From: a virus
Length of the DNA: 64,000 nucleotides
Direction: 5' to 3' (one strand)
Virus record (IMG/VR): IMGVR_UViG_3300042309_002578
Location: 74,384 to 138,383 of that record
Part shown: in pieces, positions 1 to 9,807 of the stretch
Layout of the letters: each line of letters begins with the position of its first letter
Position numbering within the stretch: the stretch's first letter is position 1
Position numbers and translations under genes: made by a program
The notes under the pieces: generated by a model
Database searches by the model: none
What the model was told of the DNA's origin: nothing
What the model saw: the letters and a program-made list of their open reading frames with translations, nothing else

Positions 1-89
1 CCAAGCGACTCGTATTTTTACAAAAAGAATAACTTGAAAGACTTGACTCCAGATCCAATTAATTGCTCAAAAATAAAATTTTAGGATTA

Positions 90-305
90 AACAAATATTG
101 TAATCCTCGCGCAGCAAGGCTTTTGTGTTTTAGCGATCGCTCCCCGCAGCCGTCTCCCCACCATAAACCAAATATTTGTACCAGCACCCTATCAACGCCT
201 CGCACCATCGGTAAAATCGACCTCCCTTTATTTTTTATTAAATAAAATATATTGTGCAAATACGCACCTGTATTAAAAAATCCCGTAATACAGGTGTAAT
301 ACGAA
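90..305. repeat. Diverged single copy of the 158-bp repeat unit plus the downstream TACGCACCT..GTAATAC block
   Basis: AATATTGTAATCCTCGCGCAGCAAGGC..TCCCCGCAGCCGTCTCC..ATTTGTACCA matches units at 6300-7150; 255-305 matches 7360-7410. Confidence 0.7.
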
Positions 306-316
306 AAATAATTTGC

Positions 317-3300
317 TCACACACCGAAAGGTGCTTTAGGTGGTCTGGGCAGCCTGTACCCAATATCGCTGGGTTTTATTAGGGTTTGCCCCAACCCCCC
401 TCTATATGTTTCCCAGTGCAAATGCGGTCCATTTGAAAGTCCTGTGCTGCCAACCAGCATTAAAGTTTGCCCTTTGGTTACTTGCTGTCCAGCCCTGACC
501 TTGAAGCTTCCATTCCGCCCATGACTAAATGTCATAAATACAGTTTCACCTGTGTTTGGGAGTTTTAGAGCGATCGCCACCTGATTTCCATATCCGCCAA
601 TAAACTTGGTGTAAATCACAGTCGCATTGCCTGGTGCAACTATCGGTGAACCATTTCTAGCACCAATGTCTACACCTTTGTGCATCCTTCTAACGCCTGT
701 AACTGGATGTACCCTGTCGCCTATCCCGCTAGTTGTTGGTCCGTCTGCTGGCAAAATCAGTGAATTATTGCCAGCAGACGAAGCTTTAGGCGTGGCTTTA
801 GGCGTGGCTTTAGGATTAATGGCATCACCTAGTGTTTGTCCTTGTATATCAGTAATTTTTGTATTCTGTACAAGATTGGGCGTTTCTGGTTCATTCATTA
901 ATGGGATATAGAATCGGATCTTTGTCCGACCATCTTTAAAGCTGTGGCTTATCTCCTCGATTCTTAATTCAGTTGCAAACTCTTGATTAAATATTCTTGG
1001 TGATAGGGCAATTATCTCTCCAGGAACTAACAACAATGTGTCTTTCACTGTTCGCAAAGTTAAGCTTCCTTCATATCCCTTAATTCTAGAGTTTTCATTT
1101 AATAAAACATCTTGTTCTGCACCACCGTCAATTAAATCAATTGCTCCGGGGGCTACTTTGGGTAATCCGGTCGCATCATTTATATCTATTCCTGCATTTA
1201 AAGTTCCTATATTTATGCTTGAAGATAGATTTCTTGTTGTAAATATCTCATTGTTTGTTTTTTGGTTTTGGATTTTTTCTGAAAATGTAGCACCATTTTT
1301 ATCTGTTTCTTCTGTTTCAATTATTGTTATTCCATCTGTGTAAGTTGTTGTAGTTTTCTTAATAGTTTTTTCTATTGCAGTCCCCATTGTGATTGTTGTC
1401 GTTTTTGTCTCAACATCTGTTATTTTCAGATACTCTTTTGTGCGTTGAGTTCTGTTTTCAACATTAACAGTTGTATTATTTGGTCTTGTAAATGTTTTTG
1501 ATGTAACTTTTTCTGGCTCAACAATTTTTGACTCTCTTGGGGCTTTCTTCTGCTTGTCTAGTGCTTGACTTAATTGATTTAATTTAACAATACCAACTTT
1601 GGGTGCTGATTTGTTTGGTTTTATTATCCCACCAGAAGGTGGTGCAGACTTACCTGTAACACCGTTTGACATTGCTCCAGTCTTGTTTTCTACATTATGT
1701 TGATCAACAACACCTGTTTGTCTATTTATTGAAACCTTGTTACTTGCTCCATTCTGCTCTAATTGCGACTCCAAAACGCCTGGGATATATCTTGGTGACG
1801 CTGTTGCCTTATCTGAAAAATTGCAGCTTATAAAAAGCTCTTCATCTACAACAAATCCGGTAAACTTTGGTCTGGCATAAGGTTCAATAATTAGCTCATT
1901 TGACCTTGGGCTATCGCTGATTTTGAATCCAATTCTTCGCGCTTCTCTTTCTAAAACTTGATATACAGTCTGACCATCTTGCGGTAAATAATGGTATGAC
2001 AAACCTTGCCCTTCCATAACTAATTTAAGGTTATATTCTTCTGCAACTCTTTGTGCAAATTCTCTAAGGGTTATATTTTGAAAGCTTTGTGTTTGGGGTA
2101 TTCTTGATAATTTCCATCGCACTGACTTGCCAGAGAACGACGTTTTTTCAACACCATACTCCTTGGAGCAACTGGCTTCTGTGTGGATAAAATGAAAAGC
2201 AATTAACTGCGTAAAACTATTAGAGCCGACCATCATTTCAATAATTAATTCAGTCCCTTTTCTGGTATCTTCCTCTGGCTGTGCCGAAGTTTTCAGTCTT
2301 TTTGTATCGTCAGAGTTTTTAGTCCCCTGCATAGTTTTCGCAAACTGCTTTAATCCCGATTTTGATTTATTTTCGGCATTTGGTGTTATTGGTGTTATTG
2401 AGCTTAATGCTTTGACAATCCTTTGTGCATAGGGCAATAAAGCCTGTTTTAATGCTGTAAAATTATTATTCGCCACACCGCTTACAACTAAGTTTGTGAG
2501 ATTGCTATTCAGTGCATCAATTTCTAAAATTGTTAAACCTTTTGCAATAGAGCCAAGTTTCTCGTCTGGAAATCTGCGGATATCTTTCCCTGCCAGTCCC
2601 CAATAAAAACTAAAAAAACCGAATTCTTTGGCTAGGGCTACATCCATCTCGCTCAAACTTTTACCACTTACATCGTATTTTGAGCCAGCAATAACGCCTG
2701 GTTTCCCACCACCTGGCTGGTCAAAATGCAACTCAAGAGAATATGCGCCTGTTGATTCTTTTAGTTGTTGCACACTTGTGGTGTATGCTTTCCTGGCATT
2801 ATCGCCTCTTGCTGACGGTAATGGTGGTGGTGCGATTACTGTAAATCCGGCTTTTGTTAATTCGGAGCTTACCACCTGTGCTGCAATCTCAGTGGCAACA
2901 GACTCCTTTGTTCTGGTTTCGCCACCATAATTTACCGAGGTGTTGGTTGTTCCGCTTGTTCCGCTATTAATATCAAGCCGATGCCCAGATGTGACAATTA
3001 TTTTCTTTGTTGCTGCAACTTTTGGATATGGCCAATCACCAACCTTGGATTGATTTACTGTAGTTTTGGGTGAGGCATTTTTTGCCGCTGCTTTTACTCC
3101 CCCACCTTCACTTGATGCAGACTTGATCAGTTCATCAACATTGCTTAATTGCTGTCCGCGAATCTTCTCAAAACCTCCTCCGGCTCTATAAATCCTGACA
3201 GCTTCCATGTACTGTTTCATTTGATCTTCTCTGATGCCATTAACCATTCTTCTGGCATTGCGAAAATCCGGTTTATCCGTCAAAAGTCCAAATTGATTAA

Positions 3301-4066
3301 TGTTTTTGTATCCAGTTGGTGGTCTACTCTTTAGAAGATAGACCGCAATTTTAGCCGCAGTGTCTGGGTTTTGCGCCAATTCTGGATTATTAACTAGGTC
3401 TAGTCCCACAGCTTTCCCTGTGGTTTCATAAACTCCGCGCCCAGTTATTTGTAGATATCCGCGTCCCTTGTATTTCACTGCCCAGTCTCTTCTGCCGTTG
3501 TTGCCGATACCCGAAACATTGGCGTATCGTGCAAGATAACTATCTGATCCTTGTTCCGCTAAAAAGCGGGTATCACCAACTGGATATTTTGTGGCCGCAT
3601 CACCTGTTTCGTGTGATGCGGTCGCCAATAAAAAGATTATTTGATTCTTGTTCCATCCTGCTTTTAGTGCTTCACGGACTAAAAGCATTTCATTGTCTTT
3701 CCAAGTTAATTTTGTTCCATTAGGTATTGACGATGCTGTTGGTGATACTGTTGGTGTTGTCCCATCTATTGATGTGTTTGGTACATTGTCCGGTTTCTGA
3801 TCATTAATTACTTTTGAATTAAGTAATTCACTATCTACTATAATTCCGCCAAACTTTATACTCAACGCTCTGTACTTTGCAGCAATTTTTAACCCAGGAT
3901 CGTATAAAGTAAAGCTTCCGGTGCTTGATGCTTTGTTTTCGCTAAGATTTACGTTTATATCTGCTGTCAATATACCATCTCCAGATTGCCAAACATCGTC
4001 ACCTATTCTTACGCGAGCTATTTTAGATGTAAATTCGTAAAAAGTCATATATTTTAATACCTTCAT
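317..4066 (-). CDS. Baseplate hub / tail-associated multi-domain peptidoglycan hydrolase (GH19 + Amidase_3 + M23 peptidase)
   Basis: GH19 motifs LATASHETG, YKGRGYLQITGR, ARRMVNG; Amidase_3 motifs VTSGH, LELHFD, TILEI; M23 motifs HKGVDIG and GSTGLSNGPHLHWE; hub-like segments (QSFQNITLREFAQRVAEEYNL). Confidence 0.8.
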   Translation of the reverse strand: MKVLKYMTFYEFTSKIARVRIGDDVWQSGDGILTADINVNLSENKASSTGSFTLYDPGLKIAAKYRALSIKFGGIIVDSELLNSKVINDQKPDNVPNTSIDGTTPTVSPTASSIPNGTKLTWKDNEMLLVREALKAGWNKNQIIFLLATASHETGDAATKYPVGDTRFLAEQGSDSYLARYANVSGIGNNGRRDWAVKYKGRGYLQITGRGVYETTGKAVGLDLVNNPELAQNPDTAAKIAVYLLKSRPPTGYKNINQFGLLTDKPDFRNARRMVNGIREDQMKQYMEAVRIYRAGGGFEKIRGQQLSNVDELIKSASSEGGGVKAAAKNASPKTTVNQSKVGDWPYPKVAATKKIIVTSGHRLDINSGTSGTTNTSVNYGGETRTKESVATEIAAQVVSSELTKAGFTVIAPPPLPSARGDNARKAYTTSVQQLKESTGAYSLELHFDQPGGGKPGVIAGSKYDVSGKSLSEMDVALAKEFGFFSFYWGLAGKDIRRFPDEKLGSIAKGLTILEIDALNSNLTNLVVSGVANNNFTALKQALLPYAQRIVKALSSITPITPNAENKSKSGLKQFAKTMQGTKNSDDTKRLKTSAQPEEDTRKGTELIIEMMVGSNSFTQLIAFHFIHTEASCSKEYGVEKTSFSGKSVRWKLSRIPQTQSFQNITLREFAQRVAEEYNLKLVMEGQGLSYHYLPQDGQTVYQVLEREARRIGFKISDSPRSNELIIEPYARPKFTGFVVDEELFISCNFSDKATASPRYIPGVLESQLEQNGASNKVSINRQTGVVDQHNVENKTGAMSNGVTGKSAPPSGGIIKPNKSAPKVGIVKLNQLSQALDKQKKAPRESKIVEPEKVTSKTFTRPNNTTVNVENRTQRTKEYLKITDVETKTTTITMGTAIEKTIKKTTTTYTDGITIIETEETDKNGATFSEKIQNQKTNNEIFTTRNLSSSINIGTLNAGIDINDATGLPKVAPGAIDLIDGGAEQDVLLNENSRIKGYEGSLTLRTVKDTLLLVPGEIIALSPRIFNQEFATELRIEEISHSFKDGRTKIRFYIPLMNEPETPNLVQNTKITDIQGQTLGDAINPKATPKATPKASSAGNNSLILPADGPTTSGIGDRVHPVTGVRRMHKGVDIGARNGSPIVAPGNATVIYTKFIGGYGNQVAIALKLPNTGETVFMTFSHGRNGSFKVRAGQQVTKGQTLMLVGSTGLSNGPHLHWETYRGGLGQTLIKPSDIGYRLPRPPKAPFGV

Positions 4067-4444
4067 TGAGATAATTTTATCATCAAAAATAGTGTTTGAC
4101 TTTAAGTGTTATCGCCCGAACAAAAACTATTTCCATATTTCAGCATTAACACCGAAAGAAATAAACTATGAGAGCAAAATTTACTTCATTTAATCAAAAC
4201 AGAACAAAATGGGAATAAATATAAACCCAGAGTCTTTTGTGGGGGACGAAATTATCTATTTATTGCAGTCAAGAGCCAATAATGCAGTCGTTGTTGTGAG
4301 CGAAAATGATGGAACTACGCTTATTGACAATAGGCAACTTAAAATCATTCCACAAATTACTTAAAATATTTCAACATTAATATTGCATTAATATTGAAGG
4401 CGTGGTATGCTGGTTACAGAAGAAAAACACAGGAATCAAAAACA

Positions 4445-4816
4445 ATGACTTTAGATTTTTTGACAAAACAATTCTACCAAGAAGAGTATTTAGCAGAGTG
4501 GGAAAAATATTCACGGGCTGCAATTAATAACTGGGAGTTAGACATTAAATATTTATCAACTTTTGGGCTTAATATAGAAGACGTAAAAAAACTTTTAAAA
4601 GAGCCACTAAACTTTGATGATTGGTGTAAGGCTGCCATCAGGATTGACAAATACACAAAACTAATAGAGCAGAGAGAAAAGATTCTTCATAGGCTAGATA
4701 ATGTGTGCTCTAGAAAATTAAATCCAGATGAAGAAATGCTAATGAATAAGCACAGCGCAAAAATATTAAAGCTTTACAAAAGAATGCTTAAGTATGAAAT
4801 AATGACTCTTTGTTAA
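4445..4816 (+). CDS. Hypothetical protein
   Basis: ORF with ATG after an A-rich leader, followed by a hairpin at 4818-4856. Confidence 0.65.
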   Translation: MTLDFLTKQFYQEEYLAEWEKYSRAAINNWELDIKYLSTFGLNIEDVKKLLKEPLNFDDWCKAAIRIDKYTKLIEQREKILHRLDNVCSRKLNPDEEMLMNKHSAKILKLYKRMLKYEIMTLC

Positions 4817-4817
4817 A

Positions 4818-4856
4818 ATATTTTGTAGTGACTTAATTTAAGTCACTACAAAATAT
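4818..4856. terminator. Long hairpin, probable terminator
   Basis: TATTTTGTAGTGACTTA-AT-TTAAGTCACTACAAAATA inverted repeat just after a stop codon. Confidence 0.6.
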
Positions 4857-4976
4857 TAATAATTTAGCACAATTAATTAATGATCACCAAAGAAAAAGGA
4901 ATAGATCTAGCTAAAATACACTTAGGCGAATTAATAAGTTGACGGCGATTAAAACTATAATTTTATAGTTAGCACA

Positions 4977-5444
4977 ATGTGTTTAAATTCAATCAACAAC
5001 AAGGAAGATACTGTGACTACCGCATCAAAATTCTACATAGTTACACAAACAAAAGAAGTTTTTCCAGTGATCGCAGCACTGGAAAAATGTATAAGACATT
5101 TAATTCTTGCAGATCAATCATTTTATAATCAGTTGCCTGGATTTCCAAGGTTCGAGATAACGCCATCTCTAAAAATGGTAAATGTCATTTTTAACTATTT
5201 GGGGCTTACAAAGAACCTTATGATTCAGTTTCATTCTGACGAGGACGAGATTAACGGTGATAATTACCCGAAGATATTTTTTACTTTACACCACAATTAT
5301 TCTGAAGGCGGAGAACTAGAATGCCTTAAAAAAATTTGCACCCTTATCTGCAACAGCCACAACTTGTTTGATTGGGTGGAAAGCGTCTGGTTCTGCGAAA
5401 GTGACGTTGATGGCGAAGAATACACTAAAGTGTTCGACAATTGA
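4977..5444 (+). CDS. Hypothetical protein
   Basis: 155-aa ORF, no family recognised. Confidence 0.6.
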   Translation: MCLNSINNKEDTVTTASKFYIVTQTKEVFPVIAALEKCIRHLILADQSFYNQLPGFPRFEITPSLKMVNVIFNYLGLTKNLMIQFHSDEDEINGDNYPKIFFTLHHNYSEGGELECLKKICTLICNSHNLFDWVESVWFCESDVDGEEYTKVFDN

Positions 5445-5469
5445 GGCGTTTATTCTGCAAAAGTAACGC

Positions 5470-5498
5470 TTGACCTTGTTTGTTAGCCGTAGTAATAT
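5470..5498 (+). promoter_or_regulatory. Phage early-type sigma70 promoter (consensus copy)
   Basis: TTGACC-17-TAATAT with GTTAGCC in the spacer. Confidence 0.65.
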
Positions 5499-5630
5499 TA
5501 AAATACAGAAAACAAAAAACCACGACTAAGACTTTTACAATCCTCAGAGGCTTTACAGGCAATGGCAAATTAGTACATAGAACATATAAAAAAGCTATCT
5601 AAACATTTGTAAGGGTAGCTTTTTATATGC

Positions 5631-5659
5631 TTGACTTTTTTTGTTAGCTACAGTAATAT
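5631..5659 (+). promoter_or_regulatory. Phage early-type sigma70 promoter
   Basis: TTGACT-17-TAATAT, 30 bp before the ATG at 5689. Confidence 0.75.
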
Positions 5660-5688
5660 GTTTAAAAAACCAATAAAAAAAGGCAACA

Positions 5689-6228
5689 ATGTCTACGCCC
5701 AAAATAACTGTAATTGACGAACATGACTGCTTTGGTCAGATTAAAGAATTTGTATCCGCAAATCCACAAATCATAAAACCAAAATACTTTATTGCACCGA
5801 ATAAAAATTTTTTACAGTCAATGACGGAAATTTGTCTTCAATCTAATCTCGTTATTATCCACCGTCACATTTGGTTGGACGACTGTCACAAAAACGATAA
5901 GCCTTGTCAACAAATAGTGGCAGAACTAAAAAAACAAATTGCACCAATTCCAATTATTGAAGTTGGCGGAGATGCAGTAGATGCAAAACGGTGTCCAAGT
6001 GATATGCTTGCTGCATTTACTCAAATTGCGATCGCAGTTAAAAACCTGGGAACACTGATAGGGGCGCAAGTGTCGCACCCAAGCCCAGCTTACAACGGCG
6101 GATTGATGACTGTCTCTAAAATAGAGATGTTAGGAAACGGAACAATTGGTGCTACCCTCAAAAACAACACTGGAGAAGAAAGAAAATATTACTCGCTGCA
6201 AAACCTGTCGGCTTACGCCACTAATTGA
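5689..6228 (+). CDS. Hypothetical early protein
   Basis: 179-aa ORF with consensus promoter upstream and hairpin downstream. Confidence 0.7.
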   Translation: MSTPKITVIDEHDCFGQIKEFVSANPQIIKPKYFIAPNKNFLQSMTEICLQSNLVIIHRHIWLDDCHKNDKPCQQIVAELKKQIAPIPIIEVGGDAVDAKRCPSDMLAAFTQIAIAVKNLGTLIGAQVSHPSPAYNGGLMTVSKIEMLGNGTIGATLKNNTGEERKYYSLQNLSAYATN

Positions 6229-6240
6229 TACTTTCGCTTA

Positions 6241-6296
6241 TTTAATATAAAAACAGGGATGCCAATACACACTAGCATCCCTGTTTTTATATTAAA
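6241..6296. terminator. Long hairpin bounding the repeat array
   Basis: TTTAATATAAAAACAGGGATGC...GCATCCCTGTTTTTATATTAAA, 22-bp stem. Confidence 0.7.
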
Positions 6297-7150
6297 TAAC
6301 ATATTGCAATCCCCACACAACAAGGGTTTCGTGTTTTTGGCAATATTCCCCGCAGCCGTTCCCCCCAAGCCGCAAACCAACCATTTGCACCAACGCCCTA
6401 ACAACGCCCGTGCCACCGGCTAAAAACCTAAAATCTGCCCAGTCTTGTCGGTAAAAACATATTGCAATCCCCGCACAGCAAGGGTTTCGTGTTTTTGGCA
6501 ATATTCCCCCGCAGCCGTTCCCCCAAGCCGCAAACCAACCATTTGCACCAACGCCCTAACAACGCCCGTGCCACCAGCTAAAAACCTAAAATCTGCCCAG
6601 TCTTGTCGGTAAAAACATATTGCAATCCCCGCACAGCAAGGGTTTCGTGTTTTTGGCAATATTCCCCCGCAGCCGTTCCCCCCAAGCCGCAAACCAACCA
6701 TTTGCACCAACGCCCTAACAACGCCCGTGCCACCGGCTTAAAAACCTAAAATCTGTCCAGCCTTGGCGACAAAAAACATATTGCAATCCCCGCACAGCAA
6801 GGGTTTCGTGTTTTTGGCAATATTCCCCCGCAGCCGTCCCCAAAATCCACGAACCAAACATTTGTACCAACACCCCACTAACACCCGTGCCACCGGCTAA
6901 AAACCCAAAATCTGCCCTAGCTTTGTCGGTAAAAACATATTGCAATCCCTATGTAGCAAGGACTTTGTGTTTTTGGCAATATTCCCCCGCAGCCGTCCCA
7001 TTTGTACCAACACCTCACTAACACCCGTGCCACCGGCTAAAAAACCTAAAATCTGCACCAACTTTGGTGACAAAACATATTGCAATCCCCGCGCAGTAAG
7101 GCTTCCAGCTTTGTCGGTATTTCCCCCGCAGCCGTCTCCAAACCGGCAAA
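6297..7150. repeat. Tandem array of ~158-bp units (5 full + 1 partial), non-coding
   Basis: CATATTGCAATCCC starts at 6300, 6458, 6616, 6777, 6936 and 7076; units diverge rightwards; the + strand is strongly C-rich. Confidence 0.95.
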
Positions 7151-7246
7151 ACAGACATTCATTCCCAGCCTGGACTAACGCCGATAAAATCAAAATCTTG
7201 TAACACGCCTCAAACCCGCATTCTCTCGTTAAAAAATCTGTGGCGG

Positions 7247-7275
7247 ATTATAACATAAGGTGTGTCAAAAGTAAA
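7247..7275 (-). promoter_or_regulatory. Leftward sigma70-type promoter pointing into the 158-bp array
   Basis: Minus strand TTTACT-17-TATAAT with TGn; same arrangement at 41663-41691 (+) and TTGACT-18-TATTAT at 19217-19246 (-). Confidence 0.6.
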
Positions 7276-7430
7276 GGGAAGATACAAAGAAAAAAGGGCA
7301 ATTTCCTATAAGAAAGTGATCATCTTCCCAATTTTATTTTTGATTAAAATCAAAAAATTATGCAAGTACGCACCTATGTCTAAAATTCTTGTAATACGTT
7401 TGTAATATAAAAATGATTTTGAAAGCAGGG

Positions 7431-7459
7431 TTGACTTTATTTGTTAACCATAGCAATAT
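7431..7459 (+). promoter_or_regulatory. Phage early-type sigma70 promoter
   Basis: TTGACT-TTATTTGTTAACCATAG-CAATAT. Confidence 0.7.
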
Positions 7460-7496
7460 ATATTCAGTAAAGAAAAACAAAAAAGCGAAGAAAAAC

Positions 7497-7829
7497 ATGG
7501 ATGCTACAAAAGTAGAAAAAATTGTAACCCTGATAAAAGAGTTTATTGACCATGCCAACATAACAATTTGGGAAGAAGAAAGTTATATAACTCTTATTAC
7601 TTATTCAGGGAGAAATATGTTTGGGCAGTTTTGCTACGCGATAGTAGCACCAGGAAGCGAACAATATCAAGATTTTGTAAGCGACCTTGAAGATTACGCT
7701 AACGAGAAAGAAATAGAAATTGACAAGAAGGATTTAAGAGAATTGAGAAAACCAGGAAGAGACACCCTTGGGTGTAGCAGTGTTTTTTATCTTCCCATAC
7801 TTAAAAAAATTGACGGACTTGAGCCTTAG
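7497..7829 (+). CDS. Hypothetical early protein
   Basis: Start moved to the ATG downstream of the promoter (MDATK); hairpin 7852-7892 follows. Confidence 0.7.
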   Translation: MDATKVEKIVTLIKEFIDHANITIWEEESYITLITYSGRNMFGQFCYAIVAPGSEQYQDFVSDLEDYANEKEIEIDKKDLRELRKPGRDTLGCSSVFYLPILKKIDGLEP

Positions 7830-7905
7830 TAATAATTTTTAATTTTGGCAAATAATAAACCGACAAGATTAAATCTTGTCGGTTTATTATTCATTGTTAA
7901 AAATT

Positions 7906-8625
7906 TTATGTTTGTGCGCTTTTTTCCGTGGATTTCTTTTTTCTTCTTTCTCGCATATAATTCCTCATATATTCAGTCCTATCTCTTGCTCTATCTCTCT
8001 CGCGCTGCCTTTCCTGCACTTCAGGTCTAGCTTTGTATTTTTTCATGTACCTTTTTTTCGCTTCTTTTCCTTTCTCAGTTGCAAAATATTTTTTAATTGC
8101 TTTGTTTGTAGCATCTCTACCTTTTTTGCTCATTCTATACTTCCTTAATGCTTCTTTACCTTTTTCAGTTGCAAGATATTTTCTAGAAGAATTAGATTGT
8201 TTGGCTCTTTTTATGTCTTCGTTTTCTTCTGCATCATTAAAAAATATTGCTTTCCCAAAATGATGGATAGATATAGCGATATATCGTGAATAATATATTG
8301 TTATATCCTCTTTCTCACTTTTATCTTTTTTATTAAGTTGGCACACCCAAAATCCGTCTGGCAATTTTTCTGCAATTGACAAAATGTTACCAAATTCATC
8401 AAAAAATCCCATTCCAATTTCTATTTCTTTGGCAATATTTTCTATAGATTTTTGACTAGTATCATCTGTGCTGTCTTTTACGCTTGAAGATATTTTTATA
8501 GATGAAAATATAACAACCTCAAGTGGATCATTTGTATTTACACACTTCCATGATCTTTTATTTAGCTCTACTGTTTTCCATGTTTTGCCGTCAGCCTTGA
8601 AAACAAGATTTTTTTGTATTTTCAC
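7906..8625 (-). CDS. Hypothetical protein with basic C-terminal KYxATEKGK repeats (possible nucleic-acid binding)
   Basis: KYLATEKGKEA / KYFATEKGKEA repeats and a K/R-rich tail; overlaps the upstream gene's stop (GTGA). Confidence 0.7.
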   Translation of the reverse strand: MKIQKNLVFKADGKTWKTVELNKRSWKCVNTNDPLEVVIFSSIKISSSVKDSTDDTSQKSIENIAKEIEIGMGFFDEFGNILSIAEKLPDGFWVCQLNKKDKSEKEDITIYYSRYIAISIHHFGKAIFFNDAEENEDIKRAKQSNSSRKYLATEKGKEALRKYRMSKKGRDATNKAIKKYFATEKGKEAKKRYMKKYKARPEVQERQRERDRARDRTEYMRNYMRERRKKKSTEKSAQT

Positions 8626-9257
8626 TTTTCACTCCTCGTCGTTAATATTTTAATTCCAATAGCTATAACCCATATTATTAGTAATGGAGCAAATCCATCA
8701 AGATTAAATGTCGGTTTATACCCCTCTGAATACTGTTGATATTGATCCCTTTCAAGTTTATATTTTCCCAGATCTCTTTCTGTTCTTCCTTGTGATTGCC
8801 ACAGAGGAATAATGGTGCTTGCAGTAGACGTAATTATAATACCGCCAACCAGTGAGCATCCCATTGAATCATTGTATTCTTTGTTTAAAAAGTGCGATAC
8901 TGATTTTACTCCACAGTACACAATTCCAATCCCAGGTAGCACAAACCCTGCACCTAATGATGCAGTAGTCAAAACTGAAACTTTTATAATTCCAGAAGTC
9001 AAGTACCAAGTTCCAAATGCCGAAGAAATTACAGAAAAATTCCTCCAGTTTCTTTGTGTTGAGGTTTCCGCCTCTTTCTCAATTATTCCGTAGTCAAAAA
9101 TTTGCCTAACTTCTGGTGATTTGTACTCTTTCCTTGGCAAATACAAATCATTGGTAACCAAATTTTTAGTTGCCGATTTTAACCCTTGCACCAAGGCTGA
9201 ATTAACTTGTTGTGCCGACACAACAATATCTTGTTGTTGTTCAAATTCATCTTTCAT
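8622..9257 (-). CDS. Membrane protein
   Basis: Several hydrophobic Gly-rich segments; likely start MKDEF. Confidence 0.65.
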   Translation of the reverse strand: MKDEFEQQQDIVVSAQQVNSALVQGLKSATKNLVTNDLYLPRKEYKSPEVRQIFDYGIIEKEAETSTQRNWRNFSVISSAFGTWYLTSGIIKVSVLTTASLGAGFVLPGIGIVYCGVKSVSHFLNKEYNDSMGCSLVGGIIITSTASTIIPLWQSQGRTERDLGKYKLERDQYQQYSEGYKPTFNLDGFAPLLIIWVIAIGIKILTTRSEK

Positions 9258-9431
9258 TTTTGTTATTACTAGCAAAATAATATTATATATTACTTGGTAA
9301 ACATCTGTCAAGTGTTTGTTGTCTGTAGATAGTCGCACCAAGCTTAAACTAAATATCAATATTGCACAATAATATTGAGTTTATATTGTGTTATAATTAA
9401 TTTGTGACCAAACACAAAGAACATTACAGCT

Positions 9432-9728
9432 ATGTCATCACACTTCGTTATTGAAAAACAAGGTATAGAATACACAGTTTCTTGTAATAATACGCACACA
9501 AACATAACCGTTGTAATTATAAACGGCAATATTGTTGGTGAATTTACAAAACTGGACGATGGTAGCTACGCTGCAAAAGTAATTAACGGATCTGACTCTG
9601 TGCCAAAAGATACGTATAGGATGGCAGAGCAGTATATTATAGATCAGTATTTTTCTGTATTCAGAAATGCCAGGGGCTTATTTAAAAAGCAAAAACAGAC
9701 AAAAAGAAGATACGGCACACCAGCTTAA
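9432..9728 (+). CDS. Hypothetical protein
   Basis: 98-aa ORF; TGTTATAAT extended -10 at about 9389. Confidence 0.65.
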   Translation: MSSHFVIEKQGIEYTVSCNNTHTNITVVIINGNIVGEFTKLDDGSYAAKVINGSDSVPKDTYRMAEQYIIDQYFSVFRNARGLFKKQKQTKRRYGTPA

Positions 9729-9807
9729 AATTCAAAATATTATAGCAATATTGTTTTTTTATTTAAAAATATTGCTATAATATTGTAACAAAATATGAGA
9801 GGATAAA

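Larger units (their letters stand above)
7187..7460 (+). repeat. ~270-bp regulatory block, repeated in inverted orientation at 41480-41753; core also at 19215-19310
   Basis: Near-identical reverse complement at 41480-41753; contains the GGGAAGAT-N38-ATCTTCCC inverted repeat. Confidence 0.9.

Noticed and set aside
6297-7150. CRISPR array
   Set aside because: Whole units repeat with no unique spacers, unit size is wrong, and there are no cas genes in the window.
6213-7203. Six short ORFs across the 158-bp array
   Set aside because: Unit lengths (158, 158, 161, 159, 140) mostly break the frame and the same peptide appears in shifting frames; by-products of a non-coding repeat.
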